From: Planctomycetota bacterium
Lineage (GTDB): Bacteria; Planctomycetota; PLA2; JAEUHO01
Reading direction: 5' to 3'
DNA length: 64,000 nucleotides
Assembly (NCBI GenBank): GCA_965223505.1
Contig: CBDCWP010000038.1
Span: forward strand, 128,001-192,000
Notes under the pieces: generated by a model
What the model was told of the DNA's origin: nothing
Seen by the model: only the letters and a program-made list of their open reading frames with translations
Databases searched by the model: none
Translations under genes and position numbers: made by a program
In this document: one piece after another, positions 49,637 to 60,435 of the stretch
Position numbering within the stretch: the first letter of the stretch is position 1
How the letters are laid out: the number at the start of each line of letters is the position of its first letter

Positions 49637-50071
49637 GTGTACGTGCTCGAGAAGTTCAAGCGAATCCTGACGATCATGATGTTCGTCGAGCTCGGCCTGC
49701 TGGTCTTGCTCGGCGTCCTGACGGCTTGGTGGGTCCCGCTGGTCGAGGTCTTCGTGTCCTTCCTCTGCGCCGTGTTCGTGGGCCGTCGATACGGCTTCAG
49801 CGTGCGGCGCGATCCCGGCTCGCAGGTCTCGGTGTTCGACGCGACGGTGGGTACGCTCGCGGCCGTCCTGCTGGCACTGCCCGGACTCCTGACCGACCTG
49901 CTGGGGCTGATCCTCTGGTTCGGGCCGACGCGAAAGTCCATGGGCAAGCGGGCCGTTCGATGGGCCGAGCAGCGCTCGGGTCACGCGTTCGGCGCACATG
50001 GGTTCGCGACCAACGAAGGGCCGCCGATCGAGGCCGAGGTAGTCGACGTTCGGACCGTGTCCGAAGACTGA
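49637..50071 (+). CDS. FxsA-like membrane protein
   Basis: LLALPGLLTDLLGL motif; C-terminal IEAEVV. Confidence 0.65.
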   Translation: MYVLEKFKRILTIMMFVELGLLVLLGVLTAWWVPLVEVFVSFLCAVFVGRRYGFSVRRDPGSQVSVFDATVGTLAAVLLALPGLLTDLLGLILWFGPTRKSMGKRAVRWAEQRSGHAFGAHGFATNEGPPIEAEVVDVRTVSED

Positions 50072-50184
50072 GATCGCGCCATTACGGAACGGTTACGAAG
50101 GGGCGTATGCGAACGCAGCTTCGCGAACGCGCGACGGGTCCCGGCACGTTGACCTGCTCCGGCGCACCCCCTACGCTCCCCTTC

Positions 50185-51414
50185 ATGGTGAGGGTCATAC
50201 TCGTTGTAGGCGCGCTATCGCTGTTCGGATGCGGCGCGGCGTGGGCCGATCCGCCCGCCGCTCCTCCGCCGCCCGCGTTGGACGACTCGCGCGTCGTACT
50301 GCCGCAGGAACCGACGTTGCCCGAGGCGACGCGCGACGCCGTCGCCGCGAGCCAGAAGCCCTTGCGGCGCGGCCGGCGCATCGGCCGCGATCACGCCTGG
50401 AGCGCGTACGTGCCCACCGTGCCGATCGCCGAGATCCGCTCGGCGTGGACCGTGGCCGCGACACCGCCCAATCCCTTCCTGCTCACGTCCGGCGAAGCGA
50501 TGACGCCGGCGCGCGGCGGACTCTCGCTCAACGTCACGTTCCTGAGCGACGAGCGGCAGCTGACCGACAATCAGAACCGGATCTGGGAGTCGGACGGCGA
50601 GGTCCGCATCTACTCCCTCGAGTACATCACGCCGGCGATGTACCTGCGGCTGTGCGGCCGCCGTTTGCCGTTCCACGTGAGCGGCTCCCTCCACGGCTAC
50701 GTGCTCGGCCATGCGACCTTCGATTGGCTGCGGAATTGGGTCGAAGAGAACCTGCTCTCCGCGTCGCAGTCCGTGCTCGACAGCCACGACACGGGAGGCA
50801 GAGACCTCTTCGTGCAGTCGCCCACGGATCGCGAGACCTTCCTCGGCTCCTCGCCGCTGTGGAAGGCCAAGATCGTCGGCAAGCTCGGACTGCCGCCGCT
50901 GGATCTCTGCGGCAGCTGCCTGGTGAGCGCGCTCAGCGTCGGCATCACGCCGCCGGCCTTCGGCGACAACGAAGACTCGGGGAATGACGACGTGGCATTC
51001 GACGCGACCCTCGCGTACCAGATGCACCTCGGAAAGGGCTTCCGCGTCACCGGCGCGTCGTCGGTCGCGTTGCCCGGCGACAGCAGGCGACTGAAGCGTC
51101 TCGGCGTCGCGACGGAAGACGTGATCTTCAGCAGCTTCCTGAACCTCGAGTACTGGTTCTCGAAGCGCTGGGCGTTCGCGATCGGCGCGTCGTTCAACTC
51201 GGCGTTCATCGGCGGCACGGCCCTGCCGATGGACCTCGACTCGTGGTACATCAACGCCGGGCTGCAGTTCCGGTGTTCAAGGAAATCGACGCTGTACCTG
51301 CTCTTCGCCGAGAATCCGGAGAGCACGATCACGACGACGCAGTTCGCGGACTTCGACGACTCCCAGAAGGAAGCGGACTTCACGCTGACGTTCGGCTGGA
51401 AGTTCGCGTTCTAG
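50185..51414 (+). CDS. Putative outer-membrane protein (DUF3187-like)
   Basis: Signal peptide, beta strands, C-terminal FTLTFGWKFAF. Confidence 0.6.
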   Translation: MVRVILVVGALSLFGCGAAWADPPAAPPPPALDDSRVVLPQEPTLPEATRDAVAASQKPLRRGRRIGRDHAWSAYVPTVPIAEIRSAWTVAATPPNPFLLTSGEAMTPARGGLSLNVTFLSDERQLTDNQNRIWESDGEVRIYSLEYITPAMYLRLCGRRLPFHVSGSLHGYVLGHATFDWLRNWVEENLLSASQSVLDSHDTGGRDLFVQSPTDRETFLGSSPLWKAKIVGKLGLPPLDLCGSCLVSALSVGITPPAFGDNEDSGNDDVAFDATLAYQMHLGKGFRVTGASSVALPGDSRRLKRLGVATEDVIFSSFLNLEYWFSKRWAFAIGASFNSAFIGGTALPMDLDSWYINAGLQFRCSRKSTLYLLFAENPESTITTTQFADFDDSQKEADFTLTFGWKFAF

Positions 51415-51521
51415 CGCCCCGGGCGACCGCGGAGGCACGCGACGTGCGGGCGAAAGGCGGTACACTGGGCCGCTCGATTCAGGGGTGAATCCTCGGCGCA
51501 GCAGGACTCGGTGAACTCGAC

Positions 51522-52274
51522 ATGAAGCAGCTCGCTCTCGTTCTCGTCCTCGTGCTCGCCACCGCCTGCGGCGGCGGCGGCCCGGCCACGCAAGGCAACA
51601 CCACCCAGCTGACGCCCCAGGAGACGGTCCAGCAGATCCTGGAGGACTGCGTCGCCGGCGACCTGAGCCAGCTCACGGACCTGCTCGATCTGCTGGCGGA
51701 CCTGCAGAACCCGAACACCCCGCCGCCGGCGTTCGAGCTCGGTCAGATCAGCGTGCTGACAGCGAGCGTCGGCTGGAGCCTGGACACCGACAACGACAAC
51801 GTCGCCGACCTCTTCGGCACCATCCAACTCCGCGACGCCAGTGGGGTGCCCGCTCCCGCGCTGCTCATTTTCTTCAACCCCAACGATCTCGCCGGCTCTC
51901 TCGCGGCACTCCCCGACGGCACGCAGATCCGCACGACGTTCGACCGGCCGGGCGACCCCAACCTCGCCGGCGACATCACGATCAAGCTCATGAACGGGCT
52001 GCCCGACACGGCATCCGGAACCGTCACCGTGACGAACGCCGCGGCGCAGTGCACGTCGATCTTCTCCTTCACCGACGTCCCGGCACAGCCGCTGCTCGGT
52101 GCGTACCCGACCGGTCAGCTCGACATGGACATCACCACGCCGACCAACAGCATCCTCGGCGACGTGACCACGAACGGCACCTCGAGCGCGGTGATGTCGC
52201 TCGCCTTGAACGGTGGCGCGCCGATGGTCTTCAACGTGGACCTCGACACGCAGACCGTCACACCCGCACCGTAG
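51522..52274 (+). CDS. Hypothetical lipoprotein
   Basis: Lipobox LATAC; Thr/Asp-rich beta sequence. Confidence 0.75.
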   Translation: MKQLALVLVLVLATACGGGGPATQGNTTQLTPQETVQQILEDCVAGDLSQLTDLLDLLADLQNPNTPPPAFELGQISVLTASVGWSLDTDNDNVADLFGTIQLRDASGVPAPALLIFFNPNDLAGSLAALPDGTQIRTTFDRPGDPNLAGDITIKLMNGLPDTASGTVTVTNAAAQCTSIFSFTDVPAQPLLGAYPTGQLDMDITTPTNSILGDVTTNGTSSAVMSLALNGGAPMVFNVDLDTQTVTPAP

Positions 52275-52785
52275 CCGTTCGAAGCCAACGGTCGACCTCG
52301 CGCTGGCTTCGAAGGCGCACGTGCGGGCGCTCGCGAAACTCGTGCGCGATCTCCCGCTGCCGGCGCCGGTGCTCCGTCAGCTCCCACAGCAGCAGGGACT
52401 GCTTGCTGAAGAACGTCATCCGCAGGCTCTCGTAGTTGCCGTTGCAGCAAGGCACGCGCCGTAGCGCCCGCACGACACAGCGGCGGAGCACGCGCGGCAT
52501 GGCCGTGCGCAGCGGAAAGTCGAGCCACACGAGCAGGTCGATCGCGTCGACGTGCGCGCGCCGATGCTTGCCGTAGTTGCCGTCGATCACCCAGCGCGGC
52601 CGCTCGACGACCTCGCGAATTCGCCGCGAGGTCGCCTCCGCCGGTCCTTCCTTCCAACCCGGTCGCCAGTGGATCTCGTCGAGGTGCGTCGGCTCGACCC
52701 CCACCATCGGGGCGAGCTTCGCGGCGAGCGTGGACTTGCCCGAGCCGCAGGCGCCGACGATCCAGATCCGGTCGGGCAGCGTCAC
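52258..52785 (-). CDS. Adenylate-kinase-like P-loop protein (FlaR/topology modulation family)
   Basis: GACGSGKST, LDEIHW and WVIDGNY motifs. Confidence 0.85.
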   Translation of the reverse strand: MTLPDRIWIVGACGSGKSTLAAKLAPMVGVEPTHLDEIHWRPGWKEGPAEATSRRIREVVERPRWVIDGNYGKHRRAHVDAIDLLVWLDFPLRTAMPRVLRRCVVRALRRVPCCNGNYESLRMTFFSKQSLLLWELTEHRRRQREIAHEFRERPHVRLRSQREVDRWLRTATVRV

Positions 52786-52786
52786 G

Positions 52787-53665
52787 CTACGGCTTGGGCG
52801 CGGTCGAGAGCGCCGCCTGCAAGATCGGGTTGGCCGGGGCGCCGCTCCGCCAGGCCGCAACCACCGGGATCTCGAACTTCGGCTTCGCGAGCCGCAGGGC
52901 CTTGATGCCGCGCCCCTTGGGTCCCGCCGGGTCGAGCGTCGCCAGCGCGGTCACGCCCAGCCCCGCTTCGACGAACGCGAGGATCGTCGCCTGGGTGCCG
53001 GCGGAAATCGTCCGCGCCGGTCGCACCCCGTGGTCCTTCAGCGCGCGCATCTGGACGTCGTGGGCGCGCAAGCCGGGGCTGTAGCTGATGAAGGTCTCGT
53101 CGCCGATGTCCTTGAGCGAAACGCGAACGCGCTTCGCCAACGCGTGGGCGCGCGGGACGACGACATACCCGTGCAGCGTCCCGACGCGGCGTGTCGCGAT
53201 GTCGGCGGGCGGATCGGGCAGGTAGCTCACGAGCAGGTCGGCGTCTCCGCGCTGCAGCTCGTCCACGCTCGGGGACGCGATCTCGCGCAGGTGCACCTTC
53301 ACGCCCGGCGCTTTGCGCTGCAGGCGTCGGACCCACGCGGGCAGGAGGTCACAGAGCAGTTGCGTGTCGGCGTGGATGTGAATGTCGCCGCCGTAGGCGG
53401 ACGCCTGCAGCGAGCGCACGACGGACGGCAGGCCCTGGAAGAACGGCCCCACGAACTCGTAGAGCTGCTTGCCCGCGGGGGTGAGCCGCATGCGGTCCTT
53501 GGCGACGCGCTCGAAGAGCTTCTCGCCGAGCTCGCCCTCGAGCTTCTTGACCTGCTGGTGCACCGCCGGCTGCGTGATCGGGTACGGAAACGCCCGGGCC
53601 GCCCGCGCGTAGCCGCCGGTCCGGGCCACCCAGAAGAACCCCTCGAGTCGATGCACCTGGATCAC
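52787..53665 (-). CDS. LysR family regulator
   Basis: TQPAVHQQVKKLE...LFER...LTPAG; TCA-N7-TGA (T-N11-A) at 53707-53719 upstream. Confidence 0.92.
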   Translation of the reverse strand: MIQVHRLEGFFWVARTGGYARAARAFPYPITQPAVHQQVKKLEGELGEKLFERVAKDRMRLTPAGKQLYEFVGPFFQGLPSVVRSLQASAYGGDIHIHADTQLLCDLLPAWVRRLQRKAPGVKVHLREIASPSVDELQRGDADLLVSYLPDPPADIATRRVGTLHGYVVVPRAHALAKRVRVSLKDIGDETFISYSPGLRAHDVQMRALKDHGVRPARTISAGTQATILAFVEAGLGVTALATLDPAGPKGRGIKALRLAKPKFEIPVVAAWRSGAPANPILQAALSTAPKP

Positions 53666-53778
53666 GCGGCGTCTCCCGTTTCGTTAAGCTCACCGAATCG
53701 ATCATATCAGCGCAAATGAGTGGGCGGAATCGAGCGGAGGGGCGATCCTGAGGGTGTCGGTTCGGACCGGAGACCATC

Positions 53779-54504
53779 ATGAAACGCGCCGCGCTGTACC
53801 TCTTCGTCGGCTCCGTCGCGACGAGCGCCCTGCTCGCCGCCTACGCATTGCTCGTGGGCTCCTTCGGCGAGTTCGAGGGGAAGCTGTTGCTGACGACGCT
53901 TTGCATCTCCGGCGGCAGCATCCTCGCCATGTCGTGCCTGCCCGCGTTGGAGCGCTCGCGACTCGGAGTGATTCCGAGGATCGGCATCGTTTCGGCCGCC
54001 ATCGGGTTCGGCCTGCTCATCATCGCCGTCTGGGCGGAGTGGAACGACGACGAGTTGCTGAAGTTCGCCGTGACCGCCGTCCTCGCCGGCTCGGCGATCG
54101 CGTACAGCTCGTTGTTGAGCCTCGTTCGGCTGGCGCCGCGATTCCGCTGGATCCTGCCCTTCGGCTTCGCCTGCGCAGGACTGCTGGCGGTCATGCTCAC
54201 GGCGATGGTCTGGGAAGCGTTCACGGACTATGAGGTCTGGTGGCGCCTGACGGGCGTCGTTTCCGTCCTGCTGTGCGCCGCGACGGTCATTGCTCCGATC
54301 TTCCATCGACTGAGCCGGTCCGCGTCGCTCGATGCCCCGGCCGGCTTCGAGCCCCGACTTCGCTTCTGCCCCCACTGCGGCGCCCCGGCGTCGGCGGCGG
54401 ACAGCGCCGGGAAAGCCGCGTGCGCCCTTTGCAACGCGCGCTACGCCGTTCACTTCGACGTATCCCGGGAGCGCGAGGCACATCTGGACGGGGTGTTCAA
54501 GTAG
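53779..54504 (+). CDS. Membrane protein with C-terminal zinc ribbon
   Basis: About 6 TMs, CPHC...CALC. Confidence 0.72.
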   Translation: MKRAALYLFVGSVATSALLAAYALLVGSFGEFEGKLLLTTLCISGGSILAMSCLPALERSRLGVIPRIGIVSAAIGFGLLIIAVWAEWNDDELLKFAVTAVLAGSAIAYSSLLSLVRLAPRFRWILPFGFACAGLLAVMLTAMVWEAFTDYEVWWRLTGVVSVLLCAATVIAPIFHRLSRSASLDAPAGFEPRLRFCPHCGAPASAADSAGKAACALCNARYAVHFDVSREREAHLDGVFK

Positions 54505-54520
54505 CGGCTACCCTGCGGCC

Positions 54521-55912
54521 ATGCGCCGTACGTTGCTCCTGCTCGTTTGCGTTCCGCTTCTCGCGTCGCCGGCTCGTGCCGAACCGGAAGCGGTATCGAT
54601 CAAGGACATGATCGACCCGATCGCGAAGGTGTACGTCGATTCGGGCGTGCTCATGGGCGCGGTCATCGGCGTGATCGACGACACCGACGAGGCGGTCATC
54701 GGCTACGGCCGCTTCAGCGCGCAGAAGGCCGAGACGCCCGACGGCGACACGATCTACGAGATCGGCTCCGTCTCGAAGGTGTTCACCGGCATCATGCTGG
54801 CGGCGTTGGCCGAAGAGGGCGTCGTGAAGCTCGACGAGCCCGTCGCGGATCTGCTGCCGACCGGTGTGATCGTCCCTTCGCGGGCCACGGACGACGGCAA
54901 GCGGCAGATCAGGTTGGTCGAACTCTCGACACATACGTCGGCTCTGCCGCGCATGCCCGCGAACTTCGATCCGCCGGATCCGGAGCGCCCTTACGAGCAC
55001 TACACCGTCGAGCGACTGTACGGGTTCCTCTCGTATCACAGGCTGCGCCGCGAGCCCGGCGCGCAGTACGAGTACAGCAACCTGGGCGCGGGGCTGCTCG
55101 GGCACGCTCTCGGACTGCGATCGAAGCACACGTACGCCGCGCTGCTGCGATCGCGCATCACGAAGCCGCTGGGCATGCAATCGACGCACACGCTCATCCC
55201 GGCGGCTGCGGTGCGCAAGGCGGCGCCGCCGTACACGGCCGACGGCCTGCCGACCAAGCGCTGGCGGTTCTCGACGCTGCAAGGCGCGGGTGCGATCCGC
55301 TCGAGCGTCAACGACATGATGAAGTTCGCCCGAGCCAACCTGTCGCCGGACGAATCTCCGCTCGGCAAGGCGCTGAAGGTCGCTCAGCAGATCCACTGGC
55401 GCAAGGAGGGCGCCGACTTCGCCGGCGTGGGGCTGGGCTGGCATGCGGGACCGGGCCGAGTGCGCATGCACAGCGGCGCAACGGGCGGCTATCACAGCTT
55501 TCTGGTGATCGACCCCGACGCCAAGCGCGCGGTCGTGGTGTTGTCGAACACGGCGACCGGGCAGGTGGACAGGCTGGGACGCGACGTCCTGCTGGCATTG
55601 CGCGGCAAGAAGATCGACCTGCCGAGGTTCCGCAAGCCGATCGAGATGACGAACGAGGCGCTGGACGCGTACACCGGTACGTACGAGCTGGCGCCGATGT
55701 TCAGGATCCAGGTGACGCGCGAGGGCAATCGGTTGATGGCGCAGGCGACGAACCAGACGAAGCTTCGGCTGTGGCCGGCAGCGGAAAACGAGTTCTTCTA
55801 CCGCGTGGTCGAGGCGACGGTGACGTTCGAGCGAAACGACGATGGCGACGTCACGGCGCTGGTGCTGCACCAGAACAACGCGCACACTCGCGGCAGGAAG
55901 ATGGACGGGTAG
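54521..55912 (+). CDS. Serine hydrolase (class C beta-lactamase/PBP-like) with DUF3471
   Basis: SVSK, YSN and HSG motifs; C-terminal YTGTYEL domain. Confidence 0.92.
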   Translation: MRRTLLLLVCVPLLASPARAEPEAVSIKDMIDPIAKVYVDSGVLMGAVIGVIDDTDEAVIGYGRFSAQKAETPDGDTIYEIGSVSKVFTGIMLAALAEEGVVKLDEPVADLLPTGVIVPSRATDDGKRQIRLVELSTHTSALPRMPANFDPPDPERPYEHYTVERLYGFLSYHRLRREPGAQYEYSNLGAGLLGHALGLRSKHTYAALLRSRITKPLGMQSTHTLIPAAAVRKAAPPYTADGLPTKRWRFSTLQGAGAIRSSVNDMMKFARANLSPDESPLGKALKVAQQIHWRKEGADFAGVGLGWHAGPGRVRMHSGATGGYHSFLVIDPDAKRAVVVLSNTATGQVDRLGRDVLLALRGKKIDLPRFRKPIEMTNEALDAYTGTYELAPMFRIQVTREGNRLMAQATNQTKLRLWPAAENEFFYRVVEATVTFERNDDGDVTALVLHQNNAHTRGRKMDG

Positions 55913-55975
55913 ATCCGGCCCTCCGCGCATGGGGATTGCATGATCCGGCCGGATCGGGCACAACGGGCGCCCGAG

Positions 55976-57571
55976 ATGCGCTGCCTCTTCGTCAACCCCC
56001 GCTTCCTGACCGCGTCGTTCTGGAACTATCGGGCCACGTGCACCGGGGCCGGCGCGCGCTTCCCCGCGCCCCCGCTCGGACTGATCACCGTCGCGGCGAT
56101 GCTGCCGGACGACTGGGACGTGCGGCTCGTGGACTGCAACGTGCGTCGCTTCGAGCCGGAAATGTTCGACTGGGCCGACCTCGTGCTCATCGGCGGCATG
56201 CTGCCGCAGCAGGTCGATGCCCTGGACCTCATCCACCAGGCCAAGCAACGCGGCAAGACGGTCGTCGTGGGCGGGCCCGACGCCACGTCCAGTCCGCATC
56301 TCTATGCCGAAGCCGACCACCTCGTGCTCGGCGAGGTCGAGAACACACTCGGCCGCTTCCTGGACGATCTGCGCAACGGCGTCGCGCAGAAAACGTATCA
56401 GGACCCCGACCGACCGGACGTGACGACCTCTCCCTGTCCGCGCTACGACCTGCTCGACCTCGGCAAGTATCTGCACATCGGCGTGCAGTGGTGTCGCGGT
56501 TGCCCGTTCTCCTGCGAGTTCTGCGACATCATCGAGCTCTACGGCCGCGTGCCGCGCGCGAAGACCACCGAGCAGATGCTGCACGAGCTTCAGACGCTCT
56601 ACGACCTCGGGTACCGGGGGCACGTAGACTTCGTCGACGACAACTTCATCGGCAACAAGAAGCTCGCGAAGCAGTTCCTCCCCCACCTGCGCGACTGGCT
56701 CGAAGCACACGCCTGGCCCTTCGAGTTCTCCACCGAGGCGTCGGTCAACCTCGCTGACGACGACGAGCTGCTCGGCCTGATGCGCGACGTCGGCTTCTTC
56801 ACGGTCTTCGTCGGGATCGAGAGCCCGGACGAAGAGACGCTGATCGCGACGAAGAAACGACAGAACACCAAGCGCTCGATTGCGGACGGCATTCACAAGA
56901 TCACCCGGCACGGCATGTTCGTGAACGCGGGCTACATCATCGGCTTCGACAGCGAGAACGGCAGCGTCGGCCGCGGCATCATCGAGAGCATCGAGGACAC
57001 GGCGATCCCCGTGAACATGGTGGGCCTGCTGCATGCGCTTCCGAACACGCAGCTCACGCGCCGGCTCGAGCAGGAAGGCCGCCTGCACGACGACCACTGC
57101 CGCATCAAACCGACACAAGGCGACCAGTGCACGGCGGGGCTCAACTTCGAGACGAGGCGCCCGCGCTCCGACATCCTGCGCGACTACCTGCAGGTCGTGG
57201 AGACGATCTACCAGCCCAAGGCCTTCTTCGACCGCGTGATCGAGACGTGCCTGCGGCTCGATACCTCCGCGCGCAAGATCCAATACGGATGGCGGGGCCG
57301 CCTGCGTTCGTTGCGCGCCTTCGTGTCGTATTCGCTCTCGCTCGGCGTGCTGCGCAAGGGCCGGCGCCACTACTGGCGCATGCTGTGGCGTGTCGGTCGC
57401 AAGAACCCGGGCGCACTGTTTCACTCCGTGCTGCTCGCGGCGCTCTACCTGCACCTCGGTCCGTTTTCCGAGTTCGTCGCTCGGCACACACGGCGCGCGC
57501 TCACCGAGCAGGAAACGCGCGACGACGCGAAGCAGGACGCGACGAGGCCGGCCGAGGCCGTCGGCGCGTAG
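55976..57571 (+). CDS. B12-binding radical SAM protein (DUF4070 type)
   Basis: PPLGLITVAA, RGCPFSCEFC and VDDNFIGN motifs. Confidence 0.93.
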   Translation: MRCLFVNPRFLTASFWNYRATCTGAGARFPAPPLGLITVAAMLPDDWDVRLVDCNVRRFEPEMFDWADLVLIGGMLPQQVDALDLIHQAKQRGKTVVVGGPDATSSPHLYAEADHLVLGEVENTLGRFLDDLRNGVAQKTYQDPDRPDVTTSPCPRYDLLDLGKYLHIGVQWCRGCPFSCEFCDIIELYGRVPRAKTTEQMLHELQTLYDLGYRGHVDFVDDNFIGNKKLAKQFLPHLRDWLEAHAWPFEFSTEASVNLADDDELLGLMRDVGFFTVFVGIESPDEETLIATKKRQNTKRSIADGIHKITRHGMFVNAGYIIGFDSENGSVGRGIIESIEDTAIPVNMVGLLHALPNTQLTRRLEQEGRLHDDHCRIKPTQGDQCTAGLNFETRRPRSDILRDYLQVVETIYQPKAFFDRVIETCLRLDTSARKIQYGWRGRLRSLRAFVSYSLSLGVLRKGRRHYWRMLWRVGRKNPGALFHSVLLAALYLHLGPFSEFVARHTRRALTEQETRDDAKQDATRPAEAVGA

Positions 57572-57574
57572 CGG

Positions 57575-58330
57575 TCACTCCATCCACTCGGCGAGGCTGT
57601 CGGGGAGGAAGCGCGCGTCGCGCGCCTCGGCGGCGGCCTGCTTGCCGCGGATGCGGATCGCCATGCTGAGGAAAGCGCTGCTCTCGCTGGTCAGCGCCTT
57701 CATTTCCTTCTCGAGTCGCTGAAGCTCGGGATCGGGCCCGATGCCCATCAAGTACGACTGGTGCGGCAGGCGCAACTTGCCCATGCGCCGGCTCATGTCG
57801 AGATCCTGCTTCGTACGGATCGCCCAGTTGACGAGGTCGCGCAGCTCCGGACGCAGCGCGACATTGGACATGTGACGCCGCGTGACGAGGCCCAGCTCCT
57901 CGTACCGGTCCTCGACGGCTTGTTTCGTCGCGTCGCCGGGCGAGGCCAGCTCGGCTTCCATGGCGGCGCCGAGGCGTTCCACCCGCTGCGCCACGCGGAC
58001 CTCGAACGTGCGATACCCCTCGTGGGCCAGGAGCAGCCCCAGTCCGGCGAGGAACAGATAGCCGAACCAGCGCTCGGCCTTGTCGTAGTTGTCGCGGAAG
58101 ACACCGATCGGCAGCGCCAGGAGCAGGGCGCCGGCGAGGGCGCCGGGAATGCACAGGAGGGCGCGGGGCGCCGTCAATCCCCCGTCGGTGAGGTGGCCGA
58201 GCCAGAGGAAGGTCCCGACGGCGCCGAGCAGCATGCCGGCGAAGGTGCCGCCCCCGCCGCCCAGGATGCGGGCGGCGTTGAACAGGCAGAGTCCGGCGAC
58301 GATGGCAACGATGATGAGCGGGTCGGGCAT
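57575..58330 (-). CDS. Hypothetical membrane protein
   Basis: GAGGAG RBS, 4 TMs then a helical domain. Confidence 0.6.
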   Translation of the reverse strand: MPDPLIIVAIVAGLCLFNAARILGGGGGTFAGMLLGAVGTFLWLGHLTDGGLTAPRALLCIPGALAGALLLALPIGVFRDNYDKAERWFGYLFLAGLGLLLAHEGYRTFEVRVAQRVERLGAAMEAELASPGDATKQAVEDRYEELGLVTRRHMSNVALRPELRDLVNWAIRTKQDLDMSRRMGKLRLPHQSYLMGIGPDPELQRLEKEMKALTSESSAFLSMAIRIRGKQAAAEARDARFLPDSLAEWME

Positions 58331-58407
58331 GGCGAGCTCCTCGGTCCGCCTTCCAGAACCCACGAGGCCGCCCGAGCGGACACCGAAACCGAGATTCCCG
58401 CGGAAAT

Positions 58408-60339
58408 CTAGCTCGGCAGCGGCTCGTCCGCGGATCGAAGGGCCTCGAGCTCGCGCAGGACGCGGTCGGTCAGCCCGTCCGCGTCCAGACGGAATCGCCG
58501 CAGCCAGTCCTTCGCGTCCCCGTGCCAGACGAGTCGATCCGGCACCCCGTAGGCCCGCACCCGGCAGTCCACCGGCGCCTCGAAGGCCGCCAGTGTCTCG
58601 AGCACCGCCGAGCCGAACCCGCCGTTGACCGCGTGCTCTTCCACCGTCACCAGCAAGGGAAATCTCCGGGTCAACCGCTCCAGCGCCTTGACGTCCAGCG
58701 GCCGCGCGAAGCGAGCGTTGAACACCGCCGCCTCGATCCCGCGCTCGGCCAGCTTGTCGGCGGCGTCGAGCGCCTTCTTGACCATCGTGCCGTACGCGAA
58801 GAACACCACGTCGCTGCCCTCGCGCAGCAGCACGCCCTTCCCGTTGCGAACACGCTTGTCGTTGCCCGGCAGACTCTCGTCCGGTGCGCCGCCGCGCGGA
58901 TAGCGAATCGCCGACGGCCCGGACAGCGACAATGCGTGCCGCACCATCAGGTCGAGCTCCGGCGGATCGGCGGGCGCCATCAACGTCACGCCCGGCAACG
59001 TGCGCAGGTACGCGATGTCGTAGAGTCCCTGGTGCGTGACGCCGTCCCCGCCGACGATGCCCGCGCGGTCCATCGCGAAGACGACCGGCAGGTCCTGCAC
59101 GACGACCTCCTGCCACACCTGATCGAAACCACGTTGCAGGAACGTCGAGTAGATCGCCACGACGGGCTTCATGCCCATGTCGGCCATGCCCGCCGCCGCA
59201 GCGACGCCGTGTTGCTCGCAGATGCCGACGTCGATTACACGCTCGGCCAGATCGGGCTCGATCTTCGAGAGACCCGTACCCGACGGCATCGCCGCCGTGA
59301 TCGCCACGACGCGGGGATCGTGCTTCATGATGGCGTTCATGCTGCGACCGAACGCGTCCTGGTACTTGATGACCGGCTTGGCGCCTCTCGCTACGGCAGG
59401 ACGCGCGACCTTGGTGGGCGCCTTGACCGGCTTCTTCTGGGTCGCCCCTACTGCGTGCGCCGCGTCGTCGCCGGGCGTGTGATAGCCGCGGCCCTTTTCC
59501 GTCACGACGTGCAAGAGGACCGGCCCGCTCACGCGCTGGAGATCGAGCATGAGCTGCTCGAGCCGCAGCACGTCGTGCCCGTCTTCCGGGCCGAAGTACG
59601 TCCACCCCAGCTCGCGGAACAGGTGTCCCGGGCTCAGGTAGTTGGCCATCGCCTCCTTCACGTCGCCGACCCAGCGGCTGAGCTTGTCGCCGACGAACGG
59701 GACCATGTTCAGCGCGTCGAGCAGCTCCGTCTTGCCCTCGCGGTACGCGGGCAGCGTGCGGATGCGGTTGAGATACCGGCGCAGCGATCCGACCGTGCGC
59801 GCGATCGACCACTGGTTGTCGTTGAGGATGACGAGCAGGTTCGCGTCGCCGTGACCGGCGTGGTTGAGCGCTTCGAAGGTCGCGCCCGAGCCGGCCGACG
59901 CGTCCCCCACCAGAGCGACGACCCGACGGTCGTCGATTCCGCGCAGCTGATCGGCCATCGCCATGCCGGCCGCGACCGACACGGCCGTCCCCGCGTGTCC
60001 CGCTGTGAAGGTGTCGTACGGGCTTTCGCCCCGGTGCATGAACCCGGACATCCCGTCCGTCTGGCGCAGCGTCGGAAAGCGCTTGCGGCGGCCGGTCAGG
60101 ACCTTGTGCGGATACACCTGATGGCTCGTGTCGAGCAGCAGCCGGTCGTGCTTGAAGTCGAAGACCCGGTGCAGCGCGACGGTCAGCTCCACGACGCCGA
60201 GGTTGCTGCCGAGGTGGCCGCCGGTCGAGGTCACCGACTCGATCAGGAACTCACGTAGCGCGTCGCAGTACGGAACCAACTCCTCTTTGGCGAGGGACTT
60301 GAGGTCCTCGGGGTTGTCCACGCGGTCGATGAGTTCCAC
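58408..60339 (-). CDS. dxs: 1-deoxy-D-xylulose-5-phosphate synthase
   Basis: GGHLGSNLGVVELT, ILNDN, VGICEQH and DRAG motifs. Confidence 0.97.
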   Translation of the reverse strand: MELIDRVDNPEDLKSLAKEELVPYCDALREFLIESVTSTGGHLGSNLGVVELTVALHRVFDFKHDRLLLDTSHQVYPHKVLTGRRKRFPTLRQTDGMSGFMHRGESPYDTFTAGHAGTAVSVAAGMAMADQLRGIDDRRVVALVGDASAGSGATFEALNHAGHGDANLLVILNDNQWSIARTVGSLRRYLNRIRTLPAYREGKTELLDALNMVPFVGDKLSRWVGDVKEAMANYLSPGHLFRELGWTYFGPEDGHDVLRLEQLMLDLQRVSGPVLLHVVTEKGRGYHTPGDDAAHAVGATQKKPVKAPTKVARPAVARGAKPVIKYQDAFGRSMNAIMKHDPRVVAITAAMPSGTGLSKIEPDLAERVIDVGICEQHGVAAAAGMADMGMKPVVAIYSTFLQRGFDQVWQEVVVQDLPVVFAMDRAGIVGGDGVTHQGLYDIAYLRTLPGVTLMAPADPPELDLMVRHALSLSGPSAIRYPRGGAPDESLPGNDKRVRNGKGVLLREGSDVVFFAYGTMVKKALDAADKLAERGIEAAVFNARFARPLDVKALERLTRRFPLLVTVEEHAVNGGFGSAVLETLAAFEAPVDCRVRAYGVPDRLVWHGDAKDWLRRFRLDADGLTDRVLRELEALRSADEPLPS

Positions 60340-60435
60340 GCCGGAAGGATACCCGCGTGCGCGGCTTCGGCCCCCGGAACGACGAGCCCTGCGATTGGTT
60401 GTTCAACCCCTGTTCGTTGCGGGGAGAATGCCCGC

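Noticed and set aside
54521..55912. Bona fide beta-lactam resistance gene
   Set aside because: Motifs fit the broad serine hydrolase/DUF3471 family; substrate cannot be inferred
54497..57487. 996-aa antisense ORF and similar long shadow ORFs (e.g. 30361-32295, 58522-60258, 62699-63991)
   Set aside because: Antisense to well-supported genes; expected from high-GC codon bias
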